Shown: in pieces, positions 21,596 through 31,833 of the stretch
Layout: every line of letters begins with the position of its first letter
How positions within the stretch are numbered: the first letter of the stretch is position 1
Assembly: GCA_035490535.1 (NCBI GenBank)
Contig: DATHCP010000003.1
Location: forward strand, 4,467 to 68,466
Reading direction: 5' to 3'
DNA from: Actinomycetota bacterium
Lineage (GTDB): Bacteria; Actinomycetota; UBA4738; HRBIN12
DNA length: 64,000 bases
Position numbers and translations under genes: made by a program
Notes under the pieces: model-generated
The model's database searches: none
Told to the model about the DNA's origin: nothing
Seen by the model: the letters and a program-made list of their open reading frames with translations, nothing else

Positions 21596-23032
21596 TCAGC
21601 CGACGGGCTCGAGCGCGGCCGCCGGGGTGATCGCGCCCGGCAGCTCCACGTGGAACGAAGCGCCGCCGCCGGCGCGGTCCTCGACCCAGGCGCGCCCGCC
21701 GTGCAACTGCGCGAAGTTCGCGACGATCGAGAGCCCGACGCCGACGCCCGGCGCGTAGCTCTTCACGTCGTCGCCATGGTCGAACGGCTCGAAGATCCGC
21801 GCCCGCAGCTCGGGCGGCACCCCCGCGCCGTCGTCCTCGACCACCAGCAGGACACCCTCGTCCTGCGGTTCGACGCGGACCCACAGGTTCGTGCCGGTCG
21901 AGTGCCGCTGCACGTTCACCAGCAGACTCTCGACGATGCGCTCCACCTTGGCCGCGTCGACGTCCACGACGAGCGGCGCCGCATCGACGTGGACGGTGCG
22001 GGTCTCTGCCACGCCCGTCTCCGCGATCGCCTGCCGGACCAGCTCGGCCACATCGGTGGGCGCCCGGCGGGGCTCGATGATCCCCTGCGCGAGCCGGTCG
22101 AGGTCGAGCAGGTCCGACACGAGCCGGTTCAGCTTGCGTGCGTTCGCCTCGAGCCGTTCGGTCAGGTCGCGGACGTCCTCCCGTGACAGGCCGAGATCGT
22201 CGGCGGTGCGCAGCGAGATCGCGCATCCGAGCACGGCCGACAGGGGGGTCCGCAGCTCGTGCGAGACCGCGGTCAGGAACTGGGTCTTCAGCTCGTCGGC
22301 CTGCCGCAGCCGGTCGGCGGCCTCGCGCTCGATCTGCGCCTGTTTGCGGAGCTGGCGCGACGCGCCCAGGACGATCGGCAGCAGCACCAGGTAGAGCACG
22401 CCGAGCCCGACGATCAGCAGGAGCTGGATCCGGTGGACGTCGCGGGCCACGGTCGACTCGGTGGGGCCGTAGGGGACGTACATCTCGAACACACCGGCCG
22501 GAGCCTGGCCCTTCCCGAACGTCAGGGGCGTGTACACCTCGAGGAGCTCGCCGTAGGCGTTGAGCAGCTTCTCCGTGCCGACGTCGACCTCCTCCCCGTC
22601 CTCATCCCCGCCGCCGGGCGCATCGGCATCGAGCAGCTCCGAGTGGGTCTCGCCGGCGAGCGACTCGGCGAGGCTGTCGGACGGTCCGTCGGGCGAGCTG
22701 CGCCCGATCAGGCTGTGGTCGTCGGAGTACACGATCGTCGCGTCGCGGTTCCAGATCTTGATCCGGGCGAGCTGGCCGCCCTGCGCTCCGGCGAGCGCCC
22801 GGTCGAGCTCGGCGATCTGGCGATCGCTCAGTCCCGAGGTCAGCTCGCCCGCGGAGAGCTGCGGCTGGATCCCGAGCGTGGCGACCAGCTTCGTCGACTC
22901 CACCGCGTTCGCGAGGGCCCGCTGGCGCACCTGGGACTCCAGGCCGCGCTGGAGCACCACCCCGAGCACCAGGATCGGCAGGGCGGCGGCGATCGCCACC
23001 TTCTGCAGCAGGCTGAGCCTCGAGGACATCAC
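21596..23032 (-). CDS. Sensor histidine kinase
   Basis: 478 aa. It has a TM helix, an extracytoplasmic domain and a second TM helix. The HisKA H-box is ELKTQFLTAVSHELRTPLSAVLG, and the HATPase_c region contains the G-boxes DDGAGVPPE and GVGVGLSIV. No response-regulator gene is adjacent. Confidence 0.85.
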   Translation of the reverse strand: MMSSRLSLLQKVAIAAALPILVLGVVLQRGLESQVRQRALANAVESTKLVATLGIQPQLSAGELTSGLSDRQIAELDRALAGAQGGQLARIKIWNRDATIVYSDDHSLIGRSSPDGPSDSLAESLAGETHSELLDADAPGGGDEDGEEVDVGTEKLLNAYGELLEVYTPLTFGKGQAPAGVFEMYVPYGPTESTVARDVHRIQLLLIVGLGVLYLVLLPIVLGASRQLRKQAQIEREAADRLRQADELKTQFLTAVSHELRTPLSAVLGCAISLRTADDLGLSREDVRDLTERLEANARKLNRLVSDLLDLDRLAQGIIEPRRAPTDVAELVRQAIAETGVAETRTVHVDAAPLVVDVDAAKVERIVESLLVNVQRHSTGTNLWVRVEPQDEGVLLVVEDDGAGVPPELRARIFEPFDHGDDVKSYAPGVGVGLSIVANFAQLHGGRAWVEDRAGGGASFHVELPGAITPAAALEPVG

Positions 23033-23121
23033 GAGCTCCCGGTCGGGGTTCCCTTCCGGGATATCGAGCTCCCGAACGCGCCGCTTGAGGGGCTCGGAGG
23101 CCTCCTGGCGCGGAAGGCTTC

Positions 23122-23916
23122 TCAGCCGGCGAGGCGCTCCACCAACGCGAGCTCGTCCGGCTCGAAGCGCCGCCCGTCGCCGGCATCCGCGTTCGCGCGG
23201 ACGTGCTCGGGGTCGCCGCTACCGGGGATCGCGACCGAGATCCGCGGATCGGCGACGCACCAGCGCAGCAGCGCCTCGGGCCACGACGCGACCCCGAGCG
23301 GCGCGAGGTCGACGGCGGAGGGTGCCCTGCGGAGCAGGTCCCCATCGCCGAAGGGGCGCATCGCGATCACACCCAGACCCAGCTCCGCGGCCAGCGGCAG
23401 GATCTCCCGCTCCGCGTCGCGCTCACGGGGGTTCCACGGGACCTGAACCATCCCGATCCGTCCGGAGCGCATCGCCCGCGCCAGTTCGTCGAACGCGGTG
23501 GCCGCGTAGTGCGTCGCGCCGAGCACCCCGATCCGGCCGGCGTCCCGTTCGGCCTCCATCCAGTCGAGCTGCGCCCGCCAGGCCGTGAGGTTATGGACCT
23601 GCAGCACGTCGACGCGATCGCCGAAGTACCGGAGCTGCGCGGCGAACTGGCGCCGCCCCTCCTCCTCCGAGCCCGACCAGATCTTCGTGGCCACGATCGC
23701 CTCCGGCCGGCGAGACCCGAGCGCGCGGCCCAGCACCTGCTCGGCGCGCCCGTACATCGGCGAGGAGTCGATCAGGTTCGCCCCGGTTCCGAGGGCCGCG
23801 GTCACGACGGCCCGCGCGCGCGGCTCGTCTCCCGGCACGACGTCCAGGGCGTTCCAGGTGCCGAGGCCGACCACCGGCACCTCGAGGCCGGTGGATCCGA
23901 ACGCACGTCGCTCCAT
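23122..23916 (-). CDS. Aldo/keto reductase
   Basis: Start at the ATG at 23916 (MERRAFGSTGLEVPVVGLGTW). The GLGTW motif, LIDSSPMYG and a C-terminal IPGS region indicate an AKR TIM barrel. Confidence 0.8.
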   Translation of the reverse strand: MERRAFGSTGLEVPVVGLGTWNALDVVPGDEPRARAVVTAALGTGANLIDSSPMYGRAEQVLGRALGSRRPEAIVATKIWSGSEEEGRRQFAAQLRYFGDRVDVLQVHNLTAWRAQLDWMEAERDAGRIGVLGATHYAATAFDELARAMRSGRIGMVQVPWNPRERDAEREILPLAAELGLGVIAMRPFGDGDLLRRAPSAVDLAPLGVASWPEALLRWCVADPRISVAIPGSGDPEHVRANADAGDGRRFEPDELALVERLAG

Positions 23917-23974
23917 CGGGTCGCAACGTACCCGCGTTCGACGGCCCGCGCGGGACCTCGCTAGCATCGGCGCG

Positions 23975-24433
23975 ATGTCGGCCGAGACCGGAGCGCTCGT
24001 GCGTCGCTTCTACGACGAGGTCTGGAACGGCGGCGACGTCGAGGTCGCGCGGGACCTCTTCGCGGAGGACTACGTCCGCCACGACCTGCGGCCGACGACG
24101 GCGGGCGCCGGCGGGGCTGGCATGGCCGCGATCGCGCGAGCCTTCCGCGCCGCGTTCCCGGATCTGCGGATGACGGTCGACGTGCTGATCGCCGAGGACG
24201 ACCTGGTCGCCGCCCGCTGGACCTCGACCGGAACCTTCACCGGCCCGTGGGGCGATGTCGAGCCCACGGGGCGACGTGCGACGTTCAGCGGCGTCAACAT
24301 CTTCCGGATCCGGAACGGGCGGATCGTCGAGCTCTGGAACCATCGCGACGACCTCGGCCTGATGGAGCAGGTGGGCGCGCCGGTGTTCGCGGGGAGCCCC
24401 CGCGATCCGGACGGACCGACCGCGGACGCCTGA
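23975..24433 (+). CDS. Ester cyclase / SnoaL-like (NTF2-fold) protein
   Basis: Start at the ATG at 23975. VRRFYDEVWNGGD and a later YVRHD are the canonical N-terminal motifs of SnoaL-like polyketide-cyclase-family proteins. Confidence 0.7.
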   Translation: MSAETGALVRRFYDEVWNGGDVEVARDLFAEDYVRHDLRPTTAGAGGAGMAAIARAFRAAFPDLRMTVDVLIAEDDLVAARWTSTGTFTGPWGDVEPTGRRATFSGVNIFRIRNGRIVELWNHRDDLGLMEQVGAPVFAGSPRDPDGPTADA

Positions 24434-24436
24434 GCC

Positions 24437-25174
24437 GTGCCTCCGCAGACGCTGCTCCTGCCCGGCATCCTCACGCCGGCCGAGGACCGCTACCGGCCGC
24501 TGATCGCCGCGCTCGGCCGCGACGCGGAGGCGATCCCGAAGGAGCTCGAGGTGTACGCACCGGGCCGTTCGGCGAGCTACGGGATCCGCGACGAGCTGGA
24601 CGGGATCGATCGCGCGGCCGACGCGGCCGGCTTCGAGACGTTCCATCTGGTCGGGCACTCGGCCGGCGGAGCGATCGCGCTCGCCTACGTGGCCGCTCGG
24701 CCGGGGCGGGTCCGCACGCTCGCGCTCGACGAACCCGCGACGGACTTCTCCCCCGAGGCGCAGGAAGCCGTCGCCGCCGACGCGCGGGCGAGCGCCAAGG
24801 GCGGCCCGGGGGCCTTCGCCGCCCGGCTGGTCCGGCCGGGCGTGCGCGTTCCGGAGCCGGCCGCGGCGCCGCCGGTGGACCGCGTGGTGGGTGCGGCCAC
24901 CTTCTCCCGCGCGCTGCTGCGGCACCGGATCGATCCCCGGGCCTTCCCCCGCTTCCCGGGTCCGGTGCTCTTCACGATGGGCACCGACAGCGACTTCCGC
25001 TGGGAGCGGATGGCCGAGCGCCTCCAGGACTCCTTCGGAACCTTTACGGTGCATCGCGATGCCGGACGGAACCACCTCGAGCCCGGGTTCGTGGCCGACC
25101 CGGGCGCGGCCGCCTCGCGGCTCCTCGCCCTCTGGCGGTCGAGCCGGGGCGATCCCTGGCCGGCCAGTCCCTGA
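24437..25174 (+). CDS. Alpha/beta hydrolase
   Basis: 245 aa with a GTG start. The nucleophile elbow is HLVGHSAGGAIAL (GxSxG). Confidence 0.75.
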   Translation: MPPQTLLLPGILTPAEDRYRPLIAALGRDAEAIPKELEVYAPGRSASYGIRDELDGIDRAADAAGFETFHLVGHSAGGAIALAYVAARPGRVRTLALDEPATDFSPEAQEAVAADARASAKGGPGAFAARLVRPGVRVPEPAAAPPVDRVVGAATFSRALLRHRIDPRAFPRFPGPVLFTMGTDSDFRWERMAERLQDSFGTFTVHRDAGRNHLEPGFVADPGAAASRLLALWRSSRGDPWPASP

Positions 25175-25256
25175 GGCCGGTCCGGCTACGTACAACGTGG
25201 AAAGGCGCCGCGCGGGCATGCGGTCCGCTGGCGCGCGGGAAGAGAGGGGGTTCTAC

Positions 25257-26861
25257 GTGAGGCGAACGCTTCGCGTCGGCGCGGCGGTGGCGGTGCTTGC
25301 CGTCATGGTCGCGGCGTGCAAATCGAACTCGTCCACGGCGGGTGGATCGGGCGCGCCGAACAGCTCCGCCACGATCGTCCACGGGACGACCGACTCGATC
25401 GTCTCGCTGGACCCGGCCGGTCAGTACGACCTCGGGTCGCAGCAGATCAGCGGGGAGATCTACGACAACCTGCTGGTGATCCCGGCCGGCGGGAACACGC
25501 CGGAGGCCTCGGCCGCGCAGTCGTGCGCCTACTCGGACCCGAAGACCTACACGTGCACGCTGAAGCCGGGACTGAAGTTCAGCGACGGCTCGCCGCTCAC
25601 GTCCGAGGACGTCGCGTTCTCCTTCAAGCGCAACCTCGAGATCAACGACCCGAACGGCGCGTGCAGCCTGCTCAACGCGATCAACAAGCCGGGGGCGGAC
25701 GGCTGCAAGTGGAACCCCGCGTCGATCGACACCCCGGACGACGCGACGATCACGTTCCACCTCAACGCGCCCGACGCGACCTGGCCGATGATCCTGACAT
25801 CGTCGGCCGCCTATATCGTGCCGTCGGATGTCTTCCCCGAGACCAAGCTCCAGCCCGACGACAAGGTGATCGGCTCGGGCCACTACACGCTGACGAAGTA
25901 CACGCCCGGCCAGCAGGTCGTGCTGGCGCCGAACCCCAACTGGTGGGGCGATCCGCCGGCGAACGGGGGCGTGATCGTCCAGTACTTCGACAAGTCCTCG
26001 GCGCTGAAGCTGGCGCTCGAGCAGGGCGACGTCGACGTGGGCTGGCGGACGTTCACCCCGACGGACGTCGAGGGGATGAAGGGCGAGTCGCAGCTCCAGG
26101 TCCTCACGGGGCCGGGCTCCGAGATCCGGTACCTGGTCTTCAACGAGAGCTTCCCGGCGGGCAAGGAGCTGGCGGTGCGGCAAGCGGTCGCGATGACGGT
26201 CGACCGTCAGGCGATCGTGCACAACGTGTACAACGACACGGTCGCGCCGCTGTGGTCGATGGTTCCGTCGGCCCTCCCGGGCCACATCGATGCCTTCAAG
26301 GACGCCTACGGGGATAGCCCGGACGTGGCCGGCGCGAAGAAGGCCCTGCAGGACGCGGGGATCTCCACGCCGGTGCCGCTCGAGATCTGGTGGACGCCCA
26401 CGCACTACGGCGACTCGTCGGCCGACGAGTACGCCGAGATCAAGCGGTCCCTCGAGTCGAGCGGGCTGTTCACGGTGACCCTGAAGTCCACCGAGTGGGA
26501 CACCTACATCAACGCCGCGGTGACGGACCAGTACCCGAACTACCAGCTGGGCTGGTTCCCGGACTATCCGGACCCGGACAACTACGTCTTCACGTTCTAC
26601 TCGAGCGCGTCGTTCCTGAACGACCACTACAAGAACGCGAAGGTGGACCAGCTCCTGGCCGACGAGCGCGCCTCGACCGACCAGGCGCAACGCGTGAAGG
26701 ACTTCCAGGAGATCCAGAAGATCGGAGCCCAGGACGTTCCGATCGTCCCGATCTGGGAGGGACGTCAGCTGGCGGTCACCACGCAAGGGATCACCGGCGT
26801 GCAGGACACCCTGGACGTCGCCTACCTCCTGCGGTACTGGATGATCGGCAAGAGCTCCTAG
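25257..26861 (+). CDS. ABC transporter substrate-binding lipoprotein, family 5 (peptide/nickel/opine type)
   Basis: GTG start at 25257 with a GAGAGGGGG RBS. The lipoprotein signal is MRRTLRVGAAVAVLAVMVAAC, a lipobox. The size, of about 534 aa, and motifs (YTLTKYTPGQQVVL, PNPNWWG) fit DppA/OppA-like SBP family 5. It is the first gene of a five-gene importer. Confidence 0.85.
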   Translation: MRRTLRVGAAVAVLAVMVAACKSNSSTAGGSGAPNSSATIVHGTTDSIVSLDPAGQYDLGSQQISGEIYDNLLVIPAGGNTPEASAAQSCAYSDPKTYTCTLKPGLKFSDGSPLTSEDVAFSFKRNLEINDPNGACSLLNAINKPGADGCKWNPASIDTPDDATITFHLNAPDATWPMILTSSAAYIVPSDVFPETKLQPDDKVIGSGHYTLTKYTPGQQVVLAPNPNWWGDPPANGGVIVQYFDKSSALKLALEQGDVDVGWRTFTPTDVEGMKGESQLQVLTGPGSEIRYLVFNESFPAGKELAVRQAVAMTVDRQAIVHNVYNDTVAPLWSMVPSALPGHIDAFKDAYGDSPDVAGAKKALQDAGISTPVPLEIWWTPTHYGDSSADEYAEIKRSLESSGLFTVTLKSTEWDTYINAAVTDQYPNYQLGWFPDYPDPDNYVFTFYSSASFLNDHYKNAKVDQLLADERASTDQAQRVKDFQEIQKIGAQDVPIVPIWEGRQLAVTTQGITGVQDTLDVAYLLRYWMIGKSS

Positions 26862-26871
26862 TTCGCGGTTC

Positions 26872-26904
26872 CGTCCGGACCCGGCCTTCGGCCGGGTCCG
26901 GACG
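26872..26904. promoter_or_regulatory. Intercistronic GC-rich stem-loop (14-15 bp perfect stem, 3-nt loop) between the SBP and permease genes
   Basis: CGTCCGGACCCGGCC-ttc-GGCCGGGTCCGGACG lies 11 nt after the SBP stop. There is no downstream U-tract. Such hairpins typically stabilise the upstream SBP transcript or attenuate read-through into the permease genes. Confidence 0.5.
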
Positions 26905-26930
26905 ACGCCTCGCCGTAGCATGGCCCTTCG

Positions 26931-27956
26931 ATGAAGCGATCCTCATCGCTGCGCGGCTACGTCATCACGCGGACGCTGCTCGCGATCCCGATGCTGCTGA
27001 TCCTGCTGACGGTGGTCTTCCTCTTGATGCGCGTGGCGCCGGGGGATCCGATCAGCGCGGCGCTCGGTGGGAAACTCCCCGCCGCGGAGCTCGCGCGCCG
27101 TAAGCACGACGCGGGCTACGATCGGCCGCTCGCCGTCCAGTACGTCGAGTACCTGAAGGACGTTGCGACCCTGAACTTCGGCACCACGATCCTGGACAAC
27201 CGGCCGGTGACCCAGGTGATCGCGCAGAACGGGGCCGCCACGCTCGAGTTGACCTTCTTCGCGATGATCGTCGCGATGGTGGCCGGCGTCGGGATCGGCC
27301 TGCTCGCAGGGGCGTACCGAGATACGGCGATCGACCTGGGCGGCCGGCTGTTCGGGATCGTGCTCTACGCGGCGCCCGTGTTCTTCCTGGGATTCCTCGC
27401 CCAGCTGACGTTCGGCAAGTGGCTCGACTGGTTACCGACCTCCGGCCAGACGAGCCCCGTCGTCGGCGCGACGCTCCAGACGCACACGAACATCCTGGTG
27501 ATCGACGCGATCATCGACCGCAACTGGTCCGCGCTCCAAGACGTCCTGCGCCACCTGATCATGCCGTCCGTCGTGCTCGGGCTGGTGATCGGAGGGATCT
27601 TCATCCGGCTCGTCCGCGTCAACCTGCTCCAGACGATGAAGGGTGACTACGTCGAGGCGGCCAGGGCCCGCGGGGTGAAGGAGCCACGCGTCGTCTACAA
27701 GCACGCGTTCAAGAACGCCCTCGTGCCGGTGATCACGATCATGGGTCTGACGTTCGCCCTCCTGCTGGGCGGCGCCGTGCTGACGGAGGAGACGTTCAAC
27801 TGGCCGGGCATCGGCGCGGAGCTGGTGCGCTACCTCGACAACCGGGACTACATCGCCGTGCAGGGGATCGTCGTCGTCACCGGGATCATCGTGGTGATCG
27901 TGAGCCTGGCGATCGACATCCTCAACGCCTGGGTCGATCCGAGGATCCGGTACTGA
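26931..27956 (+). CDS. ABC transporter permease (DppB/OppB-like)
   Basis: 341 aa with six TM helices. The N-terminal segment is YVITRTLLAIPMLLILLTVVFLLMRVAPGDP, and the EAA-like loop is VEAARARGVKE. Confidence 0.85.
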   Translation: MKRSSSLRGYVITRTLLAIPMLLILLTVVFLLMRVAPGDPISAALGGKLPAAELARRKHDAGYDRPLAVQYVEYLKDVATLNFGTTILDNRPVTQVIAQNGAATLELTFFAMIVAMVAGVGIGLLAGAYRDTAIDLGGRLFGIVLYAAPVFFLGFLAQLTFGKWLDWLPTSGQTSPVVGATLQTHTNILVIDAIIDRNWSALQDVLRHLIMPSVVLGLVIGGIFIRLVRVNLLQTMKGDYVEAARARGVKEPRVVYKHAFKNALVPVITIMGLTFALLLGGAVLTEETFNWPGIGAELVRYLDNRDYIAVQGIVVVTGIIVVIVSLAIDILNAWVDPRIRY

Positions 27957-29002
27957 TGGCCTCGCAGCTCGAGACGCCGCCGGTGCCGTCCTCTCCTCAG
28001 GAGCTCGACGACCTCGCGCCGATGCAGCGCCGCCGGCTCGGCGCGCTCCGGCGGATGTGGGCGCCGATGCACGACGCCAAGGGCATGCCCAAGGCCATCG
28101 TGTGGGTCGGGATCGGGATCACGGTCGCCTTCATCCTGATGGCGATCTTCGCCACGCAGATCGCTCCGTACGCGTTCGACCAGTACAAGACGGCCGAGGG
28201 CGTGCGCTTCATCAAGCAACAGGCTCCGTCTGCGCAGCATCTGTTCGGCACGAACGTGATGTCGACCGACGTGCTCTCGCGCGTGATCTTCGGGTCGCGG
28301 ACCGCGATCGAGGTCGTCCTGCTGTCGCTGTTCGTCTCGATGGGGATCGGTTTGCCGCTCGGGCTGATCTCGGGCTACCACGGCGGCAAGCTCGACCGGA
28401 CGCTCCTCGTGTTCATGGACGCGATGCTCGCGTTCCCGTCATTGCTGTTCGCGATCGTGATCGCGTTCCTGCTGTCCAAGACGTTCGGACATGGGGTCGT
28501 CACGGCGGCGCTCGCGATCTCGATCGTCTACGTCCCGCAGTACTTCCGCGTCGTGCGCAACCACGTGATCAGCATCCGCGAGGAGTCCTACGTCGAGGCC
28601 GCCCGGGCGATGGGCGCGAGGCCATGGACGATCATGCGCCGCTACGTCCTGCAGAACGTGATCCAGAACGTTCCGATCATCGCGACGCTGAACGCGGCCG
28701 ACGCGATCCTCACGCTCGCGGCGCTCGGGTTCCTGGGCTACGGGATCCAGCCGACCGAAGCCGCGGAATGGGGGTACGACATCCAGCGCGCGATCTCCGA
28801 CGCCGGCGCGGGGATCTGGTGGACCGGCCTGTTCCCCGGGCTCGCGATCGTGCTGCTGGTGACCGGGCTGACGCTGGTCGGCGAAGGGCTCAACGACGTG
28901 CTGAACCCGGTGATCCGCAAGCGCCCGATCGAACCCGTCGAGCTCCCGCCCCGGGAGGGTGCGGAGGCGGAGCCGGAGCCCGGGGACGAGGACCAGACGT
29001 GA
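27956..29002 (+). CDS. ABC transporter permease (DppC/OppC-like)
   Basis: 348 aa. The EAA loop is [23 protein letters not shown]. Its start overlaps the previous gene's stop (ATGA-type coupling). Confidence 0.85.
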   Translation: MASQLETPPVPSSPQELDDLAPMQRRRLGALRRMWAPMHDAKGMPKAIVWVGIGITVAFILMAIFATQIAPYAFDQYKTAEGVRFIKQQAPSAQHLFGTNVMSTDVLSRVIFGSRTAIEVVLLSLFVSMGIGLPLGLISGYHGGKLDRTLLVFMDAMLAFPSLLFAIVIAFLLSKTFGHGVVTAALAISIVYVPQYFRVVRNHVISIREESYVEAARAMGARPWTIMRRYVLQNVIQNVPIIATLNAADAILTLAALGFLGYGIQPTEAAEWGYDIQRAISDAGAGIWWTGLFPGLAIVLLVTGLTLVGEGLNDVLNPVIRKRPIEPVELPPREGAEAEPEPGDEDQT

Positions 29003-30024
29003 ACCCGCCGGTCCTGTCCGTCCGCGACCTGCGCGTGTGGTACGGCACGGCACGTGGAGCCGTCCGCGCGGTCGACGGCGTCTCGTTCGACCTCACGCCG
29101 GGCGAGACCCTCGGCCTGGTCGGCGAGTCCGGCTGCGGGAAGTCCACGCTCGGCCGCGGGCTGATGGGGCTGCTGCCCGAGGGCACCGCGATCGACGGGG
29201 AGATCCATTACGAGGACCGCGACCTGCTGGCGTTGCCGCCGAAACAGCAACGCAGCGTCCGGGGGCCCGACATCGCGATGATCTTCCAGGAGCCGATGAC
29301 GCGCCTCGACCCGTTGATGCGGATCGACGATCACTTCGCCGAGACGCTGAAGACGCACGAGCCCGACCTGTCGGCGCAGGAGATCCGCACGCGGTCGCTG
29401 GAGGCGCTCGGCGGCATGGGGATCCCGCCCACCCGGTTCCGCCAGTACCCGCACGAGTTCTCCGGCGGCATGCGCCAGCGGATCATGATCGCGCTGGCGC
29501 TGGTGCTCCGTCCGCGCGTCGTGATCGCCGACGAGCCGACCACCGCCCTCGACGTGCTGGTCGAGGCCCAGATCCTGGGGATCCTCGCCGACCTGCGGCG
29601 GAACTTCGACACCGCGTTGCTGCTGATCACGCACAACCTGGGCATCGTGGCCGAGGCCTGCGACCGGGTCGCGGTGATGTACGCCGGCCGGATCGTCGAG
29701 GAGGGGAGCTCGCGCGACGTGTTCCGCGAGCCGCAGCACCCCTACACGCAGGCGCTCCTCGGCTCGATCATCTCGCTGTCCACGACCGAGCTGCGCTCGA
29801 TCCCCGGCGCCCCGCCCGACCTGAGCATGCCGCCGCCCGGCTGCCGGTTCCACCCGCGCTGCGACCAGGCGATGGTGGTCTGCGCCGATCGCGAGCCGAT
29901 CGAGGAGCGTCCGCTGCCGGGTCGCCGCGTCAGCTGCTGGCGCTACGGGCCCGACGAGGAGATCCCGCCGGGCGGCACCGAGCCGCTCGTCCGAGAGGAG
30001 ATCGCGGTTGCGGACGAAGCGTGA
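28999..30024 (+). CDS. ABC transporter ATP-binding protein (DppD/OppD-like)
   Basis: GTG start at 28999 overlapping the permease stop (GTGA). Walker A is GESGCGKST, the ABC signature is FSGGMRQR, Walker B is [12 protein letters not shown], and there is a C-terminal oligopeptide-type extension. Confidence 0.85.
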   Translation: MNPPVLSVRDLRVWYGTARGAVRAVDGVSFDLTPGETLGLVGESGCGKSTLGRGLMGLLPEGTAIDGEIHYEDRDLLALPPKQQRSVRGPDIAMIFQEPMTRLDPLMRIDDHFAETLKTHEPDLSAQEIRTRSLEALGGMGIPPTRFRQYPHEFSGGMRQRIMIALALVLRPRVVIADEPTTALDVLVEAQILGILADLRRNFDTALLLITHNLGIVAEACDRVAVMYAGRIVEEGSSRDVFREPQHPYTQALLGSIISLSTTELRSIPGAPPDLSMPPPGCRFHPRCDQAMVVCADREPIEERPLPGRRVSCWRYGPDEEIPPGGTEPLVREEIAVADEA

Positions 30025-31300
30025 GGAGGACACGCCGCTGCTCGACGTCCGCGACCTGACGACCCACTTCTCGCTGCGTGGATCGTTCGGCGGGCGGCTG
30101 ATCGGGCGCGACGCCGGCTCGGTGAAGGCCGTCGACGGCGTCTCCTTCCAGCTGCACCACGGCGAGGTCCTCGGCCTCGTCGGAGAATCGGGCAGCGGCA
30201 AGACGACGCTCGGCCGGACGATCCTGCGCCTCGCCGACGCCACGGGCGGCTCGATCCGCCTGGACGGCGAAGAGATCGCCCACCTGTCCGAGTCGGCGTT
30301 CCGACCCTACCGGCGCCGGATGCAGATCGTGTTCCAGGATCCGCACGCCTCGCTGAACCCGGCGATGGACCTGCTGACCGCGGTCGGCCACCCGCTCGTG
30401 ATCCACGGCCTCGTGAAGGACAAGGCCGCGCTGCGGGTCGCGGTCGGCGACGCGCTCGAACGCGTCGGCCTCGCGCCGGTCGAGCGGTTCTTCGACAAGT
30501 ACCCGAGCGACCTCTCCGGCGGACAGAAGCAGCGCGCGGTGCTGGCCAGGGCGATCATCCTCGGGCCCGAGCTGCTCGTGGCCGACGAGCCGGTCTCGAT
30601 GCTCGACATGAGCGTGCGCGCGAAGATCCTCGAGCTGATGCTGAAGCTGAAAGACGAGCTCGACCTGACGTACCTCTACATCACCCACGACCTGGCCACC
30701 GCGAAGTTCTTCTGCGACCGGATCGCGATCATGTACCTCGGCCGGATCGTCGAGATCGGCCCGACGGCCTCGATCTTCGCCGATCCGAAGCACCCGTACA
30801 CCGTGTCCCTGCTGCGGGCGATCCCCGATCCCGATCCGGACCGCACCGTCCCGCGCGACCTGCCGCGCGGCGAGGTTCCCGATGCCGTCCAGCCCCCGCT
30901 CGGCTGTTCGTTCCATCCGCGATGCCCGCGGGCGTTCGGCCGCTGCGGATGGGAGAGCCGCGATCTGGCCGATCTGTTCGAGCGCCGGTGGACCGCGATG
31001 GCCGAGGCCGACTACGAGCACGAACGCGCGACGGTCGGCGACCTCGCCCGGATCGAGGCGGCGACGACGGCCGCGACCGTGCCGGCGGGGCGGGGCCGGA
31101 CCGGGGAGGACGTCCTCGAGCTGCTCGCCACGATCCGCGACGCGGACGCCGCGGAACCGTTCTGGTCGGGCGTGCGGGAGATGACCGCGAACGGCGATCA
31201 CGTCGACGTGACGTTCACCGACGGGGAGGATCCGTCGCTGCGGGCAGCCGGCGACGTCGAGGTGGCGTGCCACCTCTACGAGGGGGCCACCTCCGCCTAG
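30008..31300 (+). CDS. ABC transporter ATP-binding protein (DppF/OppF-like) with long C-terminal extension
   Basis: 430 aa. Walker A is GESGSGKTT, the signature is LSGGQKQR and Walker B is LLVADEPVSMLD. Confidence 0.85.
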   Translation: MRTKREEDTPLLDVRDLTTHFSLRGSFGGRLIGRDAGSVKAVDGVSFQLHHGEVLGLVGESGSGKTTLGRTILRLADATGGSIRLDGEEIAHLSESAFRPYRRRMQIVFQDPHASLNPAMDLLTAVGHPLVIHGLVKDKAALRVAVGDALERVGLAPVERFFDKYPSDLSGGQKQRAVLARAIILGPELLVADEPVSMLDMSVRAKILELMLKLKDELDLTYLYITHDLATAKFFCDRIAIMYLGRIVEIGPTASIFADPKHPYTVSLLRAIPDPDPDRTVPRDLPRGEVPDAVQPPLGCSFHPRCPRAFGRCGWESRDLADLFERRWTAMAEADYEHERATVGDLARIEAATTAATVPAGRGRTGEDVLELLATIRDADAAEPFWSGVREMTANGDHVDVTFTDGEDPSLRAAGDVEVACHLYEGATSA

Positions 31301-31833
31301 ATACCCTCGATCGCGGCAACCAGCTCGCGGCAGAAATCCGGGATGTCGGCAACGACGCGGCCCCACACGAGGTTGCCGTCGCGCAGGGCGGGCGCGTCGA
31401 CCCAGATCGCGCCCGCGTTCACCAGGTCGTCCTTGATCCCGAGGCTCCCGGTCGCACGCGATCCCCGCACGATGCCGGCCGAGATCCCGACCAGGCCCGC
31501 ATGGCAGATCATGCCGACGATCTTGCCGGCCTCGTGGGCGCCTCGGACGATCGCCAGGACATCCTCGTGCCGCCGGAGCTTGTCCGGAGCCCAGCCGCCG
31601 GGCACCACGACCGCGTCGAGCGTCTCGACCGCGACGTCGGCCGTGCCGACGTCGCTCGATGCCAGCAGCCCGTTCTTGCCGCGGACCTCCCGGCCGGCGG
31701 CGGTGCCGACGATCAGGACCTCGGCGCCCTCCTCCCGCAGACGCATCACGGTGACCCAGAACTCGAGGTCCTCGAACCCCTCGTCGAGGAAGACCGCAAC
31801 CCGGCGCCCCTCCAGCCGGCCGTCGGCGTTCAT
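31297..31833 (-). CDS. DJ-1/PfpI family (type 1 glutamine amidotransferase-like) protein
   Basis: Start at the ATG at 31833, overlapping the bcp stop as ATGA. The nucleophile elbow is VGMICHAGLV, preceded by VVVPGGWAP. Confidence 0.75.
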   Translation of the reverse strand: MNADGRLEGRRVAVFLDEGFEDLEFWVTVMRLREEGAEVLIVGTAAGREVRGKNGLLASSDVGTADVAVETLDAVVVPGGWAPDKLRRHEDVLAIVRGAHEAGKIVGMICHAGLVGISAGIVRGSRATGSLGIKDDLVNAGAIWVDAPALRDGNLVWGRVVADIPDFCRELVAAIEGI

